This document shows, one piece after another, positions 52,134-64,000 of a stretch of 64,000 nucleotides of DNA. The notes beneath the pieces are model-generated. The model made no database searches. It had not been told where the DNA came from and saw only the letters and a list, made by a program, of their open reading frames with translations. Position 1 is the stretch's first letter, and the number at the start of each line of letters is the position of its first letter. The position numbers were made by a program, and so were the translations under genes. The stretch is from Kondoa subrosea (taxonomy: Eukaryota), in assembly GCA_039545335.1 (NCBI GenBank), contig BCIN01000003.1, positions 1,116,001-1,180,000 on the forward strand, given 5' to 3'.

Positions 52134-52461
52134 CATGTATGAGAGCTTCGGTGAAATACATACGCAGAATGACAGTCATGATTTCCGCCCTGCGGAAGCT
52201 CGATCTCCCTTCTTCAGCTACAACGACATACCGACCCTGCAACAACAAGGTGCAGCAGCCCTGCTTCGAACGAGTAAAGAAGAGATCAGGACTGCAGAAC
52301 CATATTCAAGGAACTATCAAGCAGAGCAGCAACTGCACTTGGAAAGTGCATTGTTGAACAGGGATTGGTCGCAGGACGTGACGTGCAGGAATTGAGAGAC
52401 CGATTGGCTGAGACCGAGGCTGCAAGGGCATTGGTTATAAGGACAAATAAAACACATCAGA

Positions 52462-53635
52462 ATGGGTCGGTCACATTGCATGGCTGCATTATACCTAGGC
52501 TAAGCAGAACATACTACAGTCGGTATTATAGATCTCAGTCCTGAAGTCCTGGAAAACATACTTCTTCACCTCGTTAACGATTGCGATCTCTTCTGCCTTC
52601 TCACTGTATCTCGAGCCTTCTATAATGTTCTGACAGCTTCAGTACTATATGACACAATCTGGATTTCGAGAACCTCGCAACTGCCTTCGCTACTACGAGC
52701 TCTTCTTCGCACCCCTATTGCTGGTTTGCAAGTCCGAAGGCTCTTGTTCGATACACCCTCTTACAAACTGATGATTGAAACTCAATTAACCTATCATCTC
52801 GCGGCTCTCGAACCTCTGCTGCTGTTAATGCCAAATCTCGCTATTTTACAAAACTCGCCTATCCTTTCTCCAGCTCATGATGAAGTACTTTCTTGTGTGT
52901 TACGACTGCGTCATCTTCGGTCCTTCTCGGCGACGCATCGCAAAGCCATTGAAGGTCTGCAAAACATCTCTCTGCAGTCAATTCATAGAATCTGCAGAAT
53001 GAATGGGCTGAGAGAACTGTATCTATGGGAGTACGAGCTCGCACTACCAAGTCTCTGGAACATTGCCTCGATTTCAGCACCTATAAGATTTCTACAATTG
53101 TCGCAATGTACCTTCGTCGGTAACAGCTTCGAGCAGCTGCTGCTATCTTTACAGCACCCTCTGGAACATCTTATTATTCATCATTGCAAGAATTTGAGGG
53201 TGGACGCAATGTTCGAAGCTATTGTTGAGCACCAACATACCTTGGTTTCGCTAAAATTGTACGGCAGCTTCGACGAACAGCTCAGACCGAATCGATGCGA
53301 CTATTTCAGTCATCTACCCTTCCTGCAGATCCTTCGAGTATCGAAGAATTCGATCGCAGCAACTTCGCTTGGATTTCTACGCGATGCAATAGACAAAGTG
53401 ACCTTGGAGAGGGACTCAGCCACTGCTGCGGAATTAGGTTTTGCGATTGCTGCGCGTTCCTTCAAGTATCCGGTAGACTTCCATCTAATGGCTTGGAACT
53501 TGAACAATAACGATAAGCAAATGTTGGAGGTAACTTCGAGACCGAGTCTGTTTCGCGTATCGGCTCATTGTAGGGTAGATGATACAGGACAATCATGCGC
53601 ACGCAAGTATTGTTCTCGAGAAAGGAGCACAATAG
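52462..53635 (+). CDS. F-box/LRR-like protein copy 2 (intact)
   Basis: ATG G|intron|EHTTVGIIDLSPEVLENILLHL...DLFCLLTVSRAFY; LRR-like LRELYL/LEHLII/LVSLKL repeats; last intron at the same position as in copy 1. Confidence 0.78.
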
Positions 53636-54143
53636 GAGGATAAGGACGAATAGGATGAGGAATAGGTCTCAAAACATTGTGTTGGGTCTGACTAGGTACG
53701 TGCAGCTTGCTTGTTGATTGAGTTCTTCTCTGACTAGGTCTATTCCTATGCACTGCAACAGTTCTCCTCGACAGTCGACAGAAGAAAGAGAATGAGCTTG
53801 CATATATCTGTAAAGCACTCCGTCTCTTCACCTAACGCTCAGATGTGATGCTTATACGGCAAAGTAGCTTAGGCCGTATTCAGACGTATTTGACATCCCA
53901 TCAACACGATTACGCTGTAATCTAGGGTTGTAGGTTAGTCAAAGCGGTTTTTTTGGGAGTGCAAAAAGCTAACCCCTATCGCTTAGCTGGGCTGTGTATA
54001 TCTCACCATACAATGGCAATACAAGCTGTGTCATGCGGTGCATTGCGGTGCAAATTGGCGCGCAATCTTCCAAAACCTTCTCGTCTTTGAGAACAGCAGA
54101 CTACTGGCGTGCATTTCTCTTTTGCTTTCATATGCAGCCAACC

Positions 54144-55507
54144 ATGTTTTTACCCATTTTGGCTCTGCTCCTGCTCGTATCTTCTTCTCTAGCTATTACT
54201 GCACGGGATGTGGATGACCGCGACTACAATACGATTATATATACAGGCTCGTGGGGTAGGTTCTTTGCTATCCCACTTTAATTTGGGCTGAACCTTACTC
54301 CAGACCACCAGATAAGCTCGCCAGACGGGAGCACTCTTAGTTTCTCGAACTACAATGCTCTAGATGCTGCATATAGTTTGGAATTTCGAGGTCGGTGTTT
54401 GGCTGCATCAGAACAAGTCTCATACTTGATTCAGGCAGCAAGTTCGAGATATGGTGTCACACAAAGTTCGACAGAGGATATTTCGATGTGATCATAGATG
54501 GAACTCGCTTCCAGGGAGATGCTTGGACACGTAAGATTGTGCCCTTTGTTGCCAAATATCGCTAATTGACCCGTAGCTACTGGTACATCTGCCACTGCCC
54601 AAACAATCTTTGTCAGCCCAGATCTTGATTCTGGCTCGCACACGGTACGCCTTCAGTATGTCTTGTCGTGCTGCCCTAATTTCTGTACAGATTCGAGTCC
54701 AGCAACAATCAGCCAGAGATCCTCGCATGGCATCGGATCTCCAAGTGCCGTACCTATCTCTAGAGTGGCTTCGATTATATGAAGCTGCACCGAGCAAATG
54801 TGAGACTGATTCCAAATGATGAGGTCGGCTCGAAACTCATCTAGTAGTACCTAGCCAATGTCGCGATCATTGCTGGTAGTGCAGCAGGCGGCGCGGTCGC
54901 TGTCATTTTGCTTCTATTGGCGTGGTTCTTTTGGCGAAGGAAGAAACATCAAAAGCAGCCTCGGACAACTCTATCACGATCGTCTTCTATCGAAGAACCT
55001 GAGGCTGGATATTTCAACGATGGAACCAGAACAGGCTATTCTTCTTACTCAGCCGTACCGCTTGTCAGTCCGTACACCTCTCCGAGAAAGTAAGTTGAGA
55101 GTCAGTCCGCAAAAACTTGTAAACTCATGTTCCACCTTGTCAGTTCTTTGACTCCATATCAAGATCAACGCATGTCAATGACCTCAGACTCTTCTTCTTC
55201 CAATGGCGGCGTAATAAACCCTGCTGCGTGGAGACAAGTCTACGGCTATCACTCACCCACTTCTGCGAATTTTCCGAACGGTATAGCTGAAACGGATGCC
55301 TACGATGTAGGAACAGTTCCACCGTCATATCAAGGTGCGGCAAGAGGAATCCAAAGGCAGTCTATGCAGGAGCGACAAGGAGGATCACATTCAGGGGAAA
55401 CTTCTTCCTCGAGCGGCGATGGATCACAAAGCTTGCCTGAAGCAATCCCATTCAGCGCCTTCCGTCCGGCTTCCATCCAAAAAGCAAGAATTATCGCTAA
55501 TCAGTAA
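54144..55507 (+). CDS. Type I membrane protein with secreted DDxD...Y-G-W beta-sandwich-like domain, TM helix and disordered tail
   Basis: Signal peptide MFLPILALLLLVSSSLA; DVDDRDYNTIIYTGSW; TM AIIAGSAAGGAVAVILLLLAWFFWRRKK; PPSY in the tail. Confidence 0.7.
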
Positions 55508-55579
55508 CAGTAAAGAAAGAGATCGTCATGCATTATGAAAGGTCATTTGTACATCAGAGCATGCATGCTATTACGGAAT

Positions 55580-56770
55580 TTAAGAATATAACTTTGCTTC
55601 TGCTTCCCAATTATACTTTGGCGAGAAGCCTAGTTCCTTCTTTGCCTTTTCGTTCGACAGCAAAGTGTCGTTTGGACCTTTGGTCGGCGTATATTTGACA
55701 TTTGGCCAAACTTTTTTGACCAACTCTTCGTTTGGCATTCGCATCACAGTCTCGTTGTTTGCGATAAGGTAGGCATGATGACCGATCTTGTCTGATTTCA
55801 GAGCAAGCGAGACGGCTTGACCTCCATCACGAGCGTCAATGTAGCCAAAGTGATTAAAGCGTCTTAGCTGAGGATCCTTTTGCCATGCTTCGAAAGTCTT
55901 GTATTCGGATGTCAACATTACATTTGAGAAGCGTAGAGAAATGATCTTCAGTTTCGCATTCCATCTGCAGTATTGCTCCGCCATGTTTTCACCCAAAAGC
56001 TTCGAAAGAGAATAAGCACTTTCAGGTCTTCTTTCAATGTCTGCCGCACAGATTCAGCTAATGTCACCGTTCACTTTGACACCACCCACTCTCATCTATA
56101 GGTAAATATTCAGGGTCGAAAGGAATGCCATTCAGGGTTTCTGAGCTTGCCAGTACCACACTACGATACGATTTGATTAGCTTATCGACACGTAATCTAC
56201 GAGACTCACTTTGTAATGCCAATTTTACGTGCTGCTTCAAGGATATTATAGGTCGCCATAATGTTGGTACCAAATTGTTTGCTGGAAGAAGTCTGACCAG
56301 GAGCTGCGAGCAATTATATGTAAGCCTTCATATGAAGAGCAGAAGAACATACAAGGAATAGCAGCGAGATGGACTACTGCATCGATGCCTTTGTATGCCA
56401 TATCAGTCTCCATCATTCTGCTCATCTTTGAGCTAGCTGGTAGAAGTCGCTGAACAGTAGATGCTCACGCTTCTAGGACTTGTCCCATGTCTGTCAGATC
56501 AACCTCCACGAGCCTATAGGCACCACCAATTCCTGATTTCCCATCCTCGCTAGCAGTAACAGGTCGACGAGTGTCGAAGTTGACTTCCACGATACTCAGT
56601 ATGAGCAAGTCTTTGATGTACAAATGCTACTCACTGACTTCCCATCCTTCATTCGCAAGGTACTCTACAGTACTGCGACCTAATTTACCAGATCCACCTG
56701 TTACAATGCATCGCTTCTTATTCTCTCCTCTTGGAAATTCTCCCAGAGCTCTCGAGTCAGTGAAAGACAT
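55580..56770 (-). CDS. NAD-dependent epimerase/dehydratase (extended SDR)
   Basis: CIVTGGSGKLGR, DAVVHLAAIP, SVVLASSETLNGIPF, AYSLSKLLGE, SLRFSNV, FGYIDARDG, LLSNEKAKKELGFSP. Confidence 0.92.
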
Positions 56771-57109
56771 GTCTTATGCTAATAGTTCTGCGGTATTCAA
56801 AGGTACAGCTGGTATCGTCTTCAACAGAAGGCAATTCCAGAGTGGAGTTCGCGTTTTGCAAAAAATTGATGACGAGGGTTTACTAAGCAAAGTCAAAAGC
56901 TGAATGCGACATGAAAGTACATTGATAGATAAGAAAACGAGCGTGCTATGGAAGATATAATAATACTACAAATCAAAGAGACTTGTCGTGGACCGTGTTA
57001 GAGAGAATCAAAAGCGAGAAGAATAAGAAAGATGCCCAAGACGTTGACCCTAAATATACACCGTGCGCAAGCTGACAGAACAGGTACCAGACCGTATGTT
57101 GTTTTTGTA

Positions 57110-59601
57110 TTATTCTCCATCCATCGTTCTCGTGACGGAGCTGAAATCTTGGAAAGGATTTTCGCCTTCGTCGAAATCGTGCTGTCCACCTGGAGTTCGA
57201 GCTTTGGGCGATCCCGCTACTGCTCGAATCTGTGTGTCCTACGGTAGTCAAAAGATAGACATTAGCGAACATGTCAAATTACTACTGAAAGAGGCTTTTA
57301 AAACATACCCAATCGATACTCTTGCTATCTCTTATTGACCGGAAGTTGACGGTATCAACGCCGTTCTGTAGATGGTGTCAGCGACTTCTTTTGAGCAGCT
57401 GAATGAGAACCTACTGATGCAGCAGGAACAATAGGAGGTCGAGTATGTCTGAGCAAACCCCAAACGATAGGAGCGAACCATCTACCAGCAAGAACAGAGT
57501 TAGCTAGAGCCTAGCTAAACTCAATCATCCACTGACTTATGGCACTTGACTTCACTTGCTCCACTTTGACAACCCAAGCGTTTGTTTTCATTCTTAATTA
57601 ACAACTTCCTCACGCAACTCTTGCCCATCGTAGACACCGCAGGATAATCAGGGAAACCAGGATCTTGTTTCAGTACATTGGCAAAAGTAGCATGTCGATT
57701 TGCTCCTTTGAAAGGTGTTGTACCGTAGAGCATTTCGTAGATCAGGATACCCATAGTCCACCAGTCGACACCGGATGAATGACCGCATCCTTTGATGACT
57801 TCCGGTGAGATGTATTCTTCAGTACCAACAAATGACTGTGAATGGATCAAATGGACTTAGCGCAACATTCCGCAAGATAAACCCAAATCACTCACATTGG
57901 TCCTGAAATCCGCAACGCAAGATTTGGTATCGATCATGGGCATGCCCGTAGAAGTGAAATGTCGAATCATAGCAGGTTGAGCGGAATCTGATTGTTTGGA
58001 AAGATCGAAATCCGAAAGCTGAATATGACCAGATTCGTGAAGCAGAATATCTGTGAATCCCGTGTTAAGCCCAGCTTGACAGAGGGACAAAGGAGAGACA
58101 TACTTTCGGGTTTAAGATCTCTATAGATGAAACCCATCAAGTGCAAATACTCCAAAGCAGAAATGACTTCAGCCGCATAAAACCTCGCATCCTCTTCAGC
58201 CAAACACTTTCCCGGTCTAGTTTGAAGTGCTCTAAAGAATTCACCACCCATACAATACTCCATACATAAGTAAAGGTATTCTTCCGATTGAAAAGAATGA
58301 TAAAGAGTAACAATAAAAGGATGATTTGAAGTAGCCAAAATTTCTTGTTCTGCCAAAGCACGTTTAATCTTGTTTCTCTTGATCATTTCCCTTTTGTTCA
58401 ACACTTTCATAGCATACAATCTTTCCGTCTTCTTTTCTCGAACCAAATACACTTTACCTACATCTCCTTTTCCAAGCAGTTTGATTTTACTGAAAGAGGA
58501 AGGTCCAACTTCAACTTGTCTTGTTTTGATACTGTTTGAAGAATAAGTTCGTCGAAAACCAGCTCGAGGTGAATCAGGATGAGAACCACCTGGACCGAAA
58601 GCTGAATTAGGTGATAGTAGATCAGATCCGTTAGCTGAATCGGCTGCGAGTTTCGATATAGTAGGTGATGTTGCTGAGCGAGAAGGTGAAGATATTTGAT
58701 CTATACCAGAAGATTTGGTTCGAACTCGATTGGCTATTGGCGAATGCTGAGATGAATTGGTTGTGGAGGTGGAAGCTTCGCAAGAATGATAATCTGGATG
58801 TGAAGAAAAGCTACCTTGCGCTGAGTTGGGGGAAAGATAGCCGTTATTGGTCGAGGAAGAAGCTGGAAATGGAATGATATCGCTTGGAATATGTTGCTGC
58901 TTGCTGAGAAGAGCCTTGGTATTCGGCGCTGATGAGACTCTTCGCAGCAATCGAGCAGCAAATGAGCCTCCAGAAAGTGGAGTATTAGACAGATTGGACA
59001 GAGGAACAGCATGTGAAGTATGATTGCGTTCTCTTGCTGAGGATATACTTCTCGCGGAAGAGGTAGAAGCAGAGAGGTGAGAGACTGTTGAGACTTTGTT
59101 GTTTGAGCGTTCATGTTGAGGGCGCCTATTGCTTTTGGGTGGAAGCGGAGGCAAGTCTCTGTCAGAATGTTGCCGTTTACCGTGACTATGGCCCAAACCT
59201 GAGAAGTATGATTCATGGCCTGACCCAACGCCAGATATGCCTAGCGGCGAGCCTAGAGGACTGTCTGAGTTGGCAGAATGTGCGCTCAAGGGGGTTGATG
59301 AGCCATTCTTTTGGATTGAACCAAAGGCAGTTGTCGCTGCATTGTCAACAATGAAGACGTCGGAGACTATTGTAGGCGATGTAGCAGGACTGTTGCCTTT
59401 GGAAGAGCTGCCAGAACGAAAAGCTCGACTTATCATTTTCTTGATGGACTTCGCACTTGTTTGCGTTTTGACCGAGCTGGACTGGTATGAATGGGTGTCC
59501 TCTAGTGATTTAGGCGCAGCAGAGTACGCTGTAGTGTGTGAAGAGGCCGGCGAGTCTTGAGAAGTTGTGTATTCATCGGTTTCGCGGCTGGAGCTGCTCA
59601 T
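57110..59601 (-). CDS. AGC serine/threonine kinase, Nrc-2/Fpk1/Kin82 family
   Basis: [86 protein letters not shown]. Confidence 0.95.
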
Positions 59602-59690
59602 TGTGAAGACTATTGGTATATAGAGAGTGTATGGTATGACTTATGTGGTAGCTGTGACAGACATTGACCAAGCTAGAGTCGTTAACTTCA

Positions 59691-61419
59691 ATGTGCACGG
59701 TGGTCGAAAGCAACCTCTTCAGCCCAAAATGAGTTCCTGCTTCTTCTTAACCAAATAGTCAGCTAAATATCGGCTGGGCAGGCATTGAGCAAGCCACTGT
59801 AAGTGTCCGCGTCAGCGTAGTTGAATTGTATACCTACTGTGACTGTGCCAGACTTCAAGACTGCATTCATTTGTGTCGCGCGCTTTTGTCTTTGATTTCT
59901 TTCCTCCTTCTTCTGCTTCCACGAGTACATTGTTGTTTCGGTTCGCTATGTCTGCTCTTCCTCTTGCAAACTGCACAGTATTATTCACTGGTTTGTCCTA
60001 TTGCTATGGTTCCATTTTCCTGTTTCTCAGGCCTTGTTTATAACGAAAGGCACTTTGAAGTCCTTGAATCGCGAGACTGCTATTCTACTGGTCGAAAATT
60101 ACGGAGGGTGAGTCAACTTTGCTTCCCCCGTCAAAGACATTGTATATTCATACTGAGTAGGCAGATTCACCAATCCCCAAAGACTACTACAGACTATGTC
60201 GTTATAGGCATGCGTACTCAGTCTTGGTTCTATGCCCAGCTGACAATCCTCTCAGGCGAGAAAGCTGGCAAGACGAAGCTCAGGCAACTGGACAAGCTGC
60301 CAAATATCATTCAATTAGATGAACTAGGTCTCTTTCGCTTACTAGCTGAAAAGTGAGTCATTCCTCAGTCGGTCTCAACGTAGCTGAGCATTTACTCAGA
60401 TCAGTCGGACATATACCTAAACTAGAGCATATCGAAAGACCTTTGAGTAGCGTGACGCAATATCCAGCACAAGCTAGCAGTCATCAGCCAACTCCAAGCG
60501 AAGCAGGCCAGTCAGAATATGGTCAATCAGAGTGAGTTTCATCTTCTACTAGCGAGTTTTGAGCTGATTGATTTGCCAGCTTTTCAAATCCCACTTCTCC
60601 AAATCTACCTGAAGTAACAGCTTTTGCCTCTCGCCAATCTTCTCAAGGTCTAGTCCCTCCAATATCAACAGTCACCTTCTCCTCGCCCGAAACACCAGCT
60701 TCCAAATTCAGACCGCTTATTGACAGGAAGCTTGATCTACTCTACTTATCATTCTTCTGGGTACATCTGTTCGCCACAATTCTAATAGATGGTCAAACGA
60801 TCTATCCTACTGCTATAGTCCCACCGATTTTAGCATGGGTCAAAGAATGTCCGTCACTTCTTTCTTAAGCAAGTTTTTTGCTTAAGTAAAGGTATGATGG
60901 ACAGATTACCTGAGAAGCTCAGGCGATTTCTTAGTCAAGAATGCTTTGCAAGGAGAATATGCTTGGTTCTCTTGTTTCCTCTTCATTGAATACCTCTTTC
61001 AATTACCTTGTGAGCGCATCTTTAGTCTTGAGGAGGGTTAAACTGATTCTGTGATAGGTTTCATCATTGGTATCAAAGCACTGCAGAATGGTCAGTGATC
61101 CACTCGATCGCAGCAATAAGTCGCTAGAGCGATTAAATACTTGACAGATGATCGAAAGAAATACCCTCTCCTTTTGGCTTTCGCCTGCGTAACGACCACA
61201 ACTACAATGGCATGTTGTGCTCAATTAGTCTACTCACCTGAATCAATCGGCTTGTCGCAAGAACAAAAAGTTATGCTAGCTTCGTCTTGTAAGTTCTTCT
61301 GTATGCTCCTCATCGGATTCACATTTTGATTAACGTGTGGAACAGATGTTCCTTTCTGCGCTATTCCATTACTCATGGCTATCGATATGTACGGGCGAAT
61401 TACAAGAGGTAAAGCATAA
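59691..61419 (+). CDS. Probable fusion of an RFC1/LigA-type BRCT domain, Ser/Pro linker and EXPERA (TMEM97/EBP-like) membrane domain; start approximate
   Basis: Spliced LFTGTLKSLNRETAILLVENYGGQIHQSPKTTTDYVVIGEKAGKTKLRQLDKLPNIIQLDELGLFRLL, then in frame RKLDLLYLSFFWVHLFATILIDGQTIYP...WFSCFLFIEYLFQLP...YVPFCAIPLLMAIDMYGRI. Confidence 0.65.
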
Positions 61420-61818
61420 TAGCACAATAGCATAATCCGGTTGCATTGTACATCATTACTATTTTACAGATTCACAAACAAGGATTCCCCTTGCTGCGAA
61501 GGATTCTGTGACTACTCCCTTGAGCGCGATCATATGAAGTTTAAGCCTGAGGTCTCAAACTAAGCTGGCTGCATCGAACATCACTGCAAACAGCAATCTG
61601 CGGTGCAAGTAAGCATCGATGTTCAAGGGAAAGGGAAGGGAGAGGATTGCCTAAGAGTCCAGCAGTCCAGCACTAAGTAGTGATTGATCCCAAGCCTATG
61701 CTTTGTGGCATATCTCCATGATGACTGTTCACGCAATCGACGTCAATCTTCGAGATCTCAAAAGATAAACAGGAGTAGGTGTGACTCACCAATCTCTGAC
61801 GTTTCTGACTCTATCAGA

Positions 61819-62214
61819 TTACTTCCAAGGCTGACCAGAACCAGGAGCAACGCCAGGCGGCAGCTCAGTGTCATCGTCAGCTGTAGTCGGCACTCTAGGC
61901 GCATCCATCTATTATAGTTCTCAATACAAATATCACAAGCAAACCGAAGCACTCACCTGTTCCCCTTGCAACGAGCTAGCCATTTGTCTCCAGAGCGAAT
62001 TGACGGATTGGAATTGCGCGCCAACAGCTATGTTTTGCTCCATAGTGCGCGATAACGTAGCCATAGTATTCATGAGTTTTCCCAATTGCTTTACGCCCGG
62101 AAACATATATTCAGCTACAGATTGACTAAAGCGAAAAGGGGAAAGATTCACTTCGCTTGTTTGAACGCGTAATTTAGCTCGTTCTTGCTCAAAGTGTGTA
62201 GGCTCTGCTGGCAT
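61819..62214 (-). CDS. DAD1: DASH/Dam1 kinetochore complex subunit Dad1
   Basis: MPAEPTHFEQERAKLRVQTSE|QLGKLMNTMATLSRTMEQNIAVGAQFQSVNSLWRQM matches the Dad1 pattern FEQ.R..L...I.VG..F.SV..LW; two introns. Confidence 0.8.
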
Positions 62215-62484
62215 TTGATTCATCACACGGAGAAGAAGATTAGAATGGAGCTTTTGACCAGTCAATGTGTCGGCGCAAGTGAAAGAACCAAAAAGAACGG
62301 AATAGAAAGTGGGAGCTTGCAAAATGGGAGACCTGGGTGTGTTATAACTGCATGCATAACACCTCTTACAGCTACAAGGGAAACAAAAACACATCTTCTT
62401 GATAAACACTTTGCACACACACTCTGTCCAACTTCTCTCTCTTCCAAAAGTCCTTTCATGCTTTTCCCAAGCCAAGAAGATCTT

Positions 62485-64000
62485 TCATGCTTCAGGTACC
62501 GGTTTCCTCTTCATTGAACCTTTCATAGCTTTCGTAACAACCAAATCAATTTCCGAATTCCTTCGAATATGTCCATCTGCTGAAGCGAATTTATCTCCTT
62601 CTTCATCAGATTCTCCAGCCATCATTCCACCATAAGGATCTTCTTCTTCTCCAGTTTGAGGATGTTCTTCTACATCAGTCGGGAACTGAGGCATTGCGAA
62701 AGGTGAAGAAGCTCGACCACATGAAGAAATGGACATTGGGATTTGTGGAACAACTGCAGCAGGAGTAGGAGGATGACTGAAGGCTGAAGCGTAACTCGTT
62801 CTTCGAGAGGGCGGTGGAACTGCTGTCGTGTACTGATTCGAGTATCTATTATCGACAGAAGAACGTCGACCTTGATTACCGCCCACAAAAGGCAGAGCAG
62901 GAGGAAGACTAGGTTGGCCAGCGAAAGTTCCACTTGTTGGAGCGGAAGGCGACGAGTTGCGATCGACAAAGATTGGCGCTGCACTGTTTTGAGACATGTT
63001 TGGCTTGAAGGAACCATTCTCGTCTATATCATGTTCCGAGACGAATGGATTGGAAACCGGATCTTCCTCTCGTGAAGCACCTTGTCGCCTCTTTCTTCGA
63101 CAGCAAAACCAGAACAAAGCGCCTAACAGTGCCAAACCAACTATTCCTGCCACAACTCCCCCTGCTATTGCTCCTGTTGATGTTCCTCCTCCAGTATTGC
63201 TTGTCGCACCGCTGTCAGCTGCCTTTGAAGCTGCTGCTGAGGAAGACGATCGAGATTTAGAGGCGGAAGAAGCAGACGAGGAAGAAGATCGGCTTGAGGA
63301 TGATGCTCGACTTGAAGAACTACTTGCAGAAGAGCTGGAGGTAGCAACACCTTGAGCTAGGCAAGAAATTAAGCACGAACTAGAAAGTAGCACAATACAA
63401 CCTACTCAAAACTTGAAGTGTAATGGCGTCTACAGTCAGATATGGTGTTGATCCAGTTCCAGTATTAAGGACTTGTACTGTGTGACCAGCTGCAGAGAGG
63501 TTGTCGACGGCGAAGACTGTTTCACATGACGGTGCAGGATTGGTGGAAAACGAGGTTTGGCTGCCTGTTCCAGCAAGTACATTGCTGCACCCTGTATTCA
63601 GCTAGATTTCTAAGCCTGAAGCAAAAAAGACACACTCTCTGCACAAAAATTATCAGCACAAGACTTCATGTTAATCGTGGTTTACGCACATTGTAACATT
63701 GAAAGGCCCTCTATCCGTTTTCTTTCCTGCACATATCGAGAATCCAGTACCTGTTCTCTCGAAGTGAGCTTGACGGCCAATGTTACGGAAGTAGCTGACC
63801 AGCAAAAGTGAAGCTATAACTAGCATCCGCGACATTTGAGAAAGATTGCGTGCTGTTGTAAGGGCCAGCTATATCGTTTTGATGTATCCATGTCCCACTG
63901 TAGACGATGATTGGATCCGTATCATCAAAGGTCTGCGCAGTAACTTGTTGTGCCATCGCCAAACTTGATATAGACGCCAGCAAACAAAGTAACTTGACGA
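62485..64000 (-). CDS. Type I membrane protein with DDxD...Y-G-W ectodomain, Ser-rich stalk, TM helix and disordered tail (start at or beyond window edge)
   Basis: QTFDDTDPIIVYSGTW...YNSTQSFSNVADASYSFTFAG; poly-Ser stalk; GAIAGGVVAGIVGLALLGALFWFCCRRKRR. Confidence 0.78.

Noticed and set aside
52111..52395. 94-aa ORF downstream of the Cys-rich gene
   Set aside because: Non-ATG start, overlaps the preceding stop codon and has no recognisable motif; cannot be supported as a gene.
53922..53980. Imperfect inverted repeat with telomere-like TAGGGTT / CTAACCCCTA words
   Set aside because: Short, imperfect and single-copy; no support for an ncRNA, MITE or interstitial telomere.

Overview
Gene-dense, intron-rich fungal genomic DNA, most likely a basidiomycete (inferred from ~45-55 nt GT-AG introns, many microexons and basidiomycete-type gene families). 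About 30 spliced protein-coding genes were reconstructed by hand, so most supplied ORFs are exon fragments or antisense noise. Housekeeping genes include Rei1/Reh1, WDR59/Mtc5, an Rrn9-domain protein, GH47 mannosidase, a YTH m6A reader, Ccc1, Pol32/Cdc27, Nrc-2/Fpk1 kinase and Dad1. The most interesting element is a compact 15.5-kb putative N-heterocycle catabolic cluster (21551-37044). It holds an NCS1 permease, a PuuE-type ring-opening hydrolase, an SDR, an MFS transporter, a Zn2Cys6 regulator and an in-frame amidase-Old Yellow Enzyme fusion. Also notable are a probable BRCT-EXPERA(TMEM97) fusion, two tandem secreted proteins built from exon-encoded 26-aa repeats, a GG-donor intron and a patch of 1-nt deletions. 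No tRNA, rRNA, CRISPR array or mobile element could be supported. All family calls come from motif recognition, not database searches.
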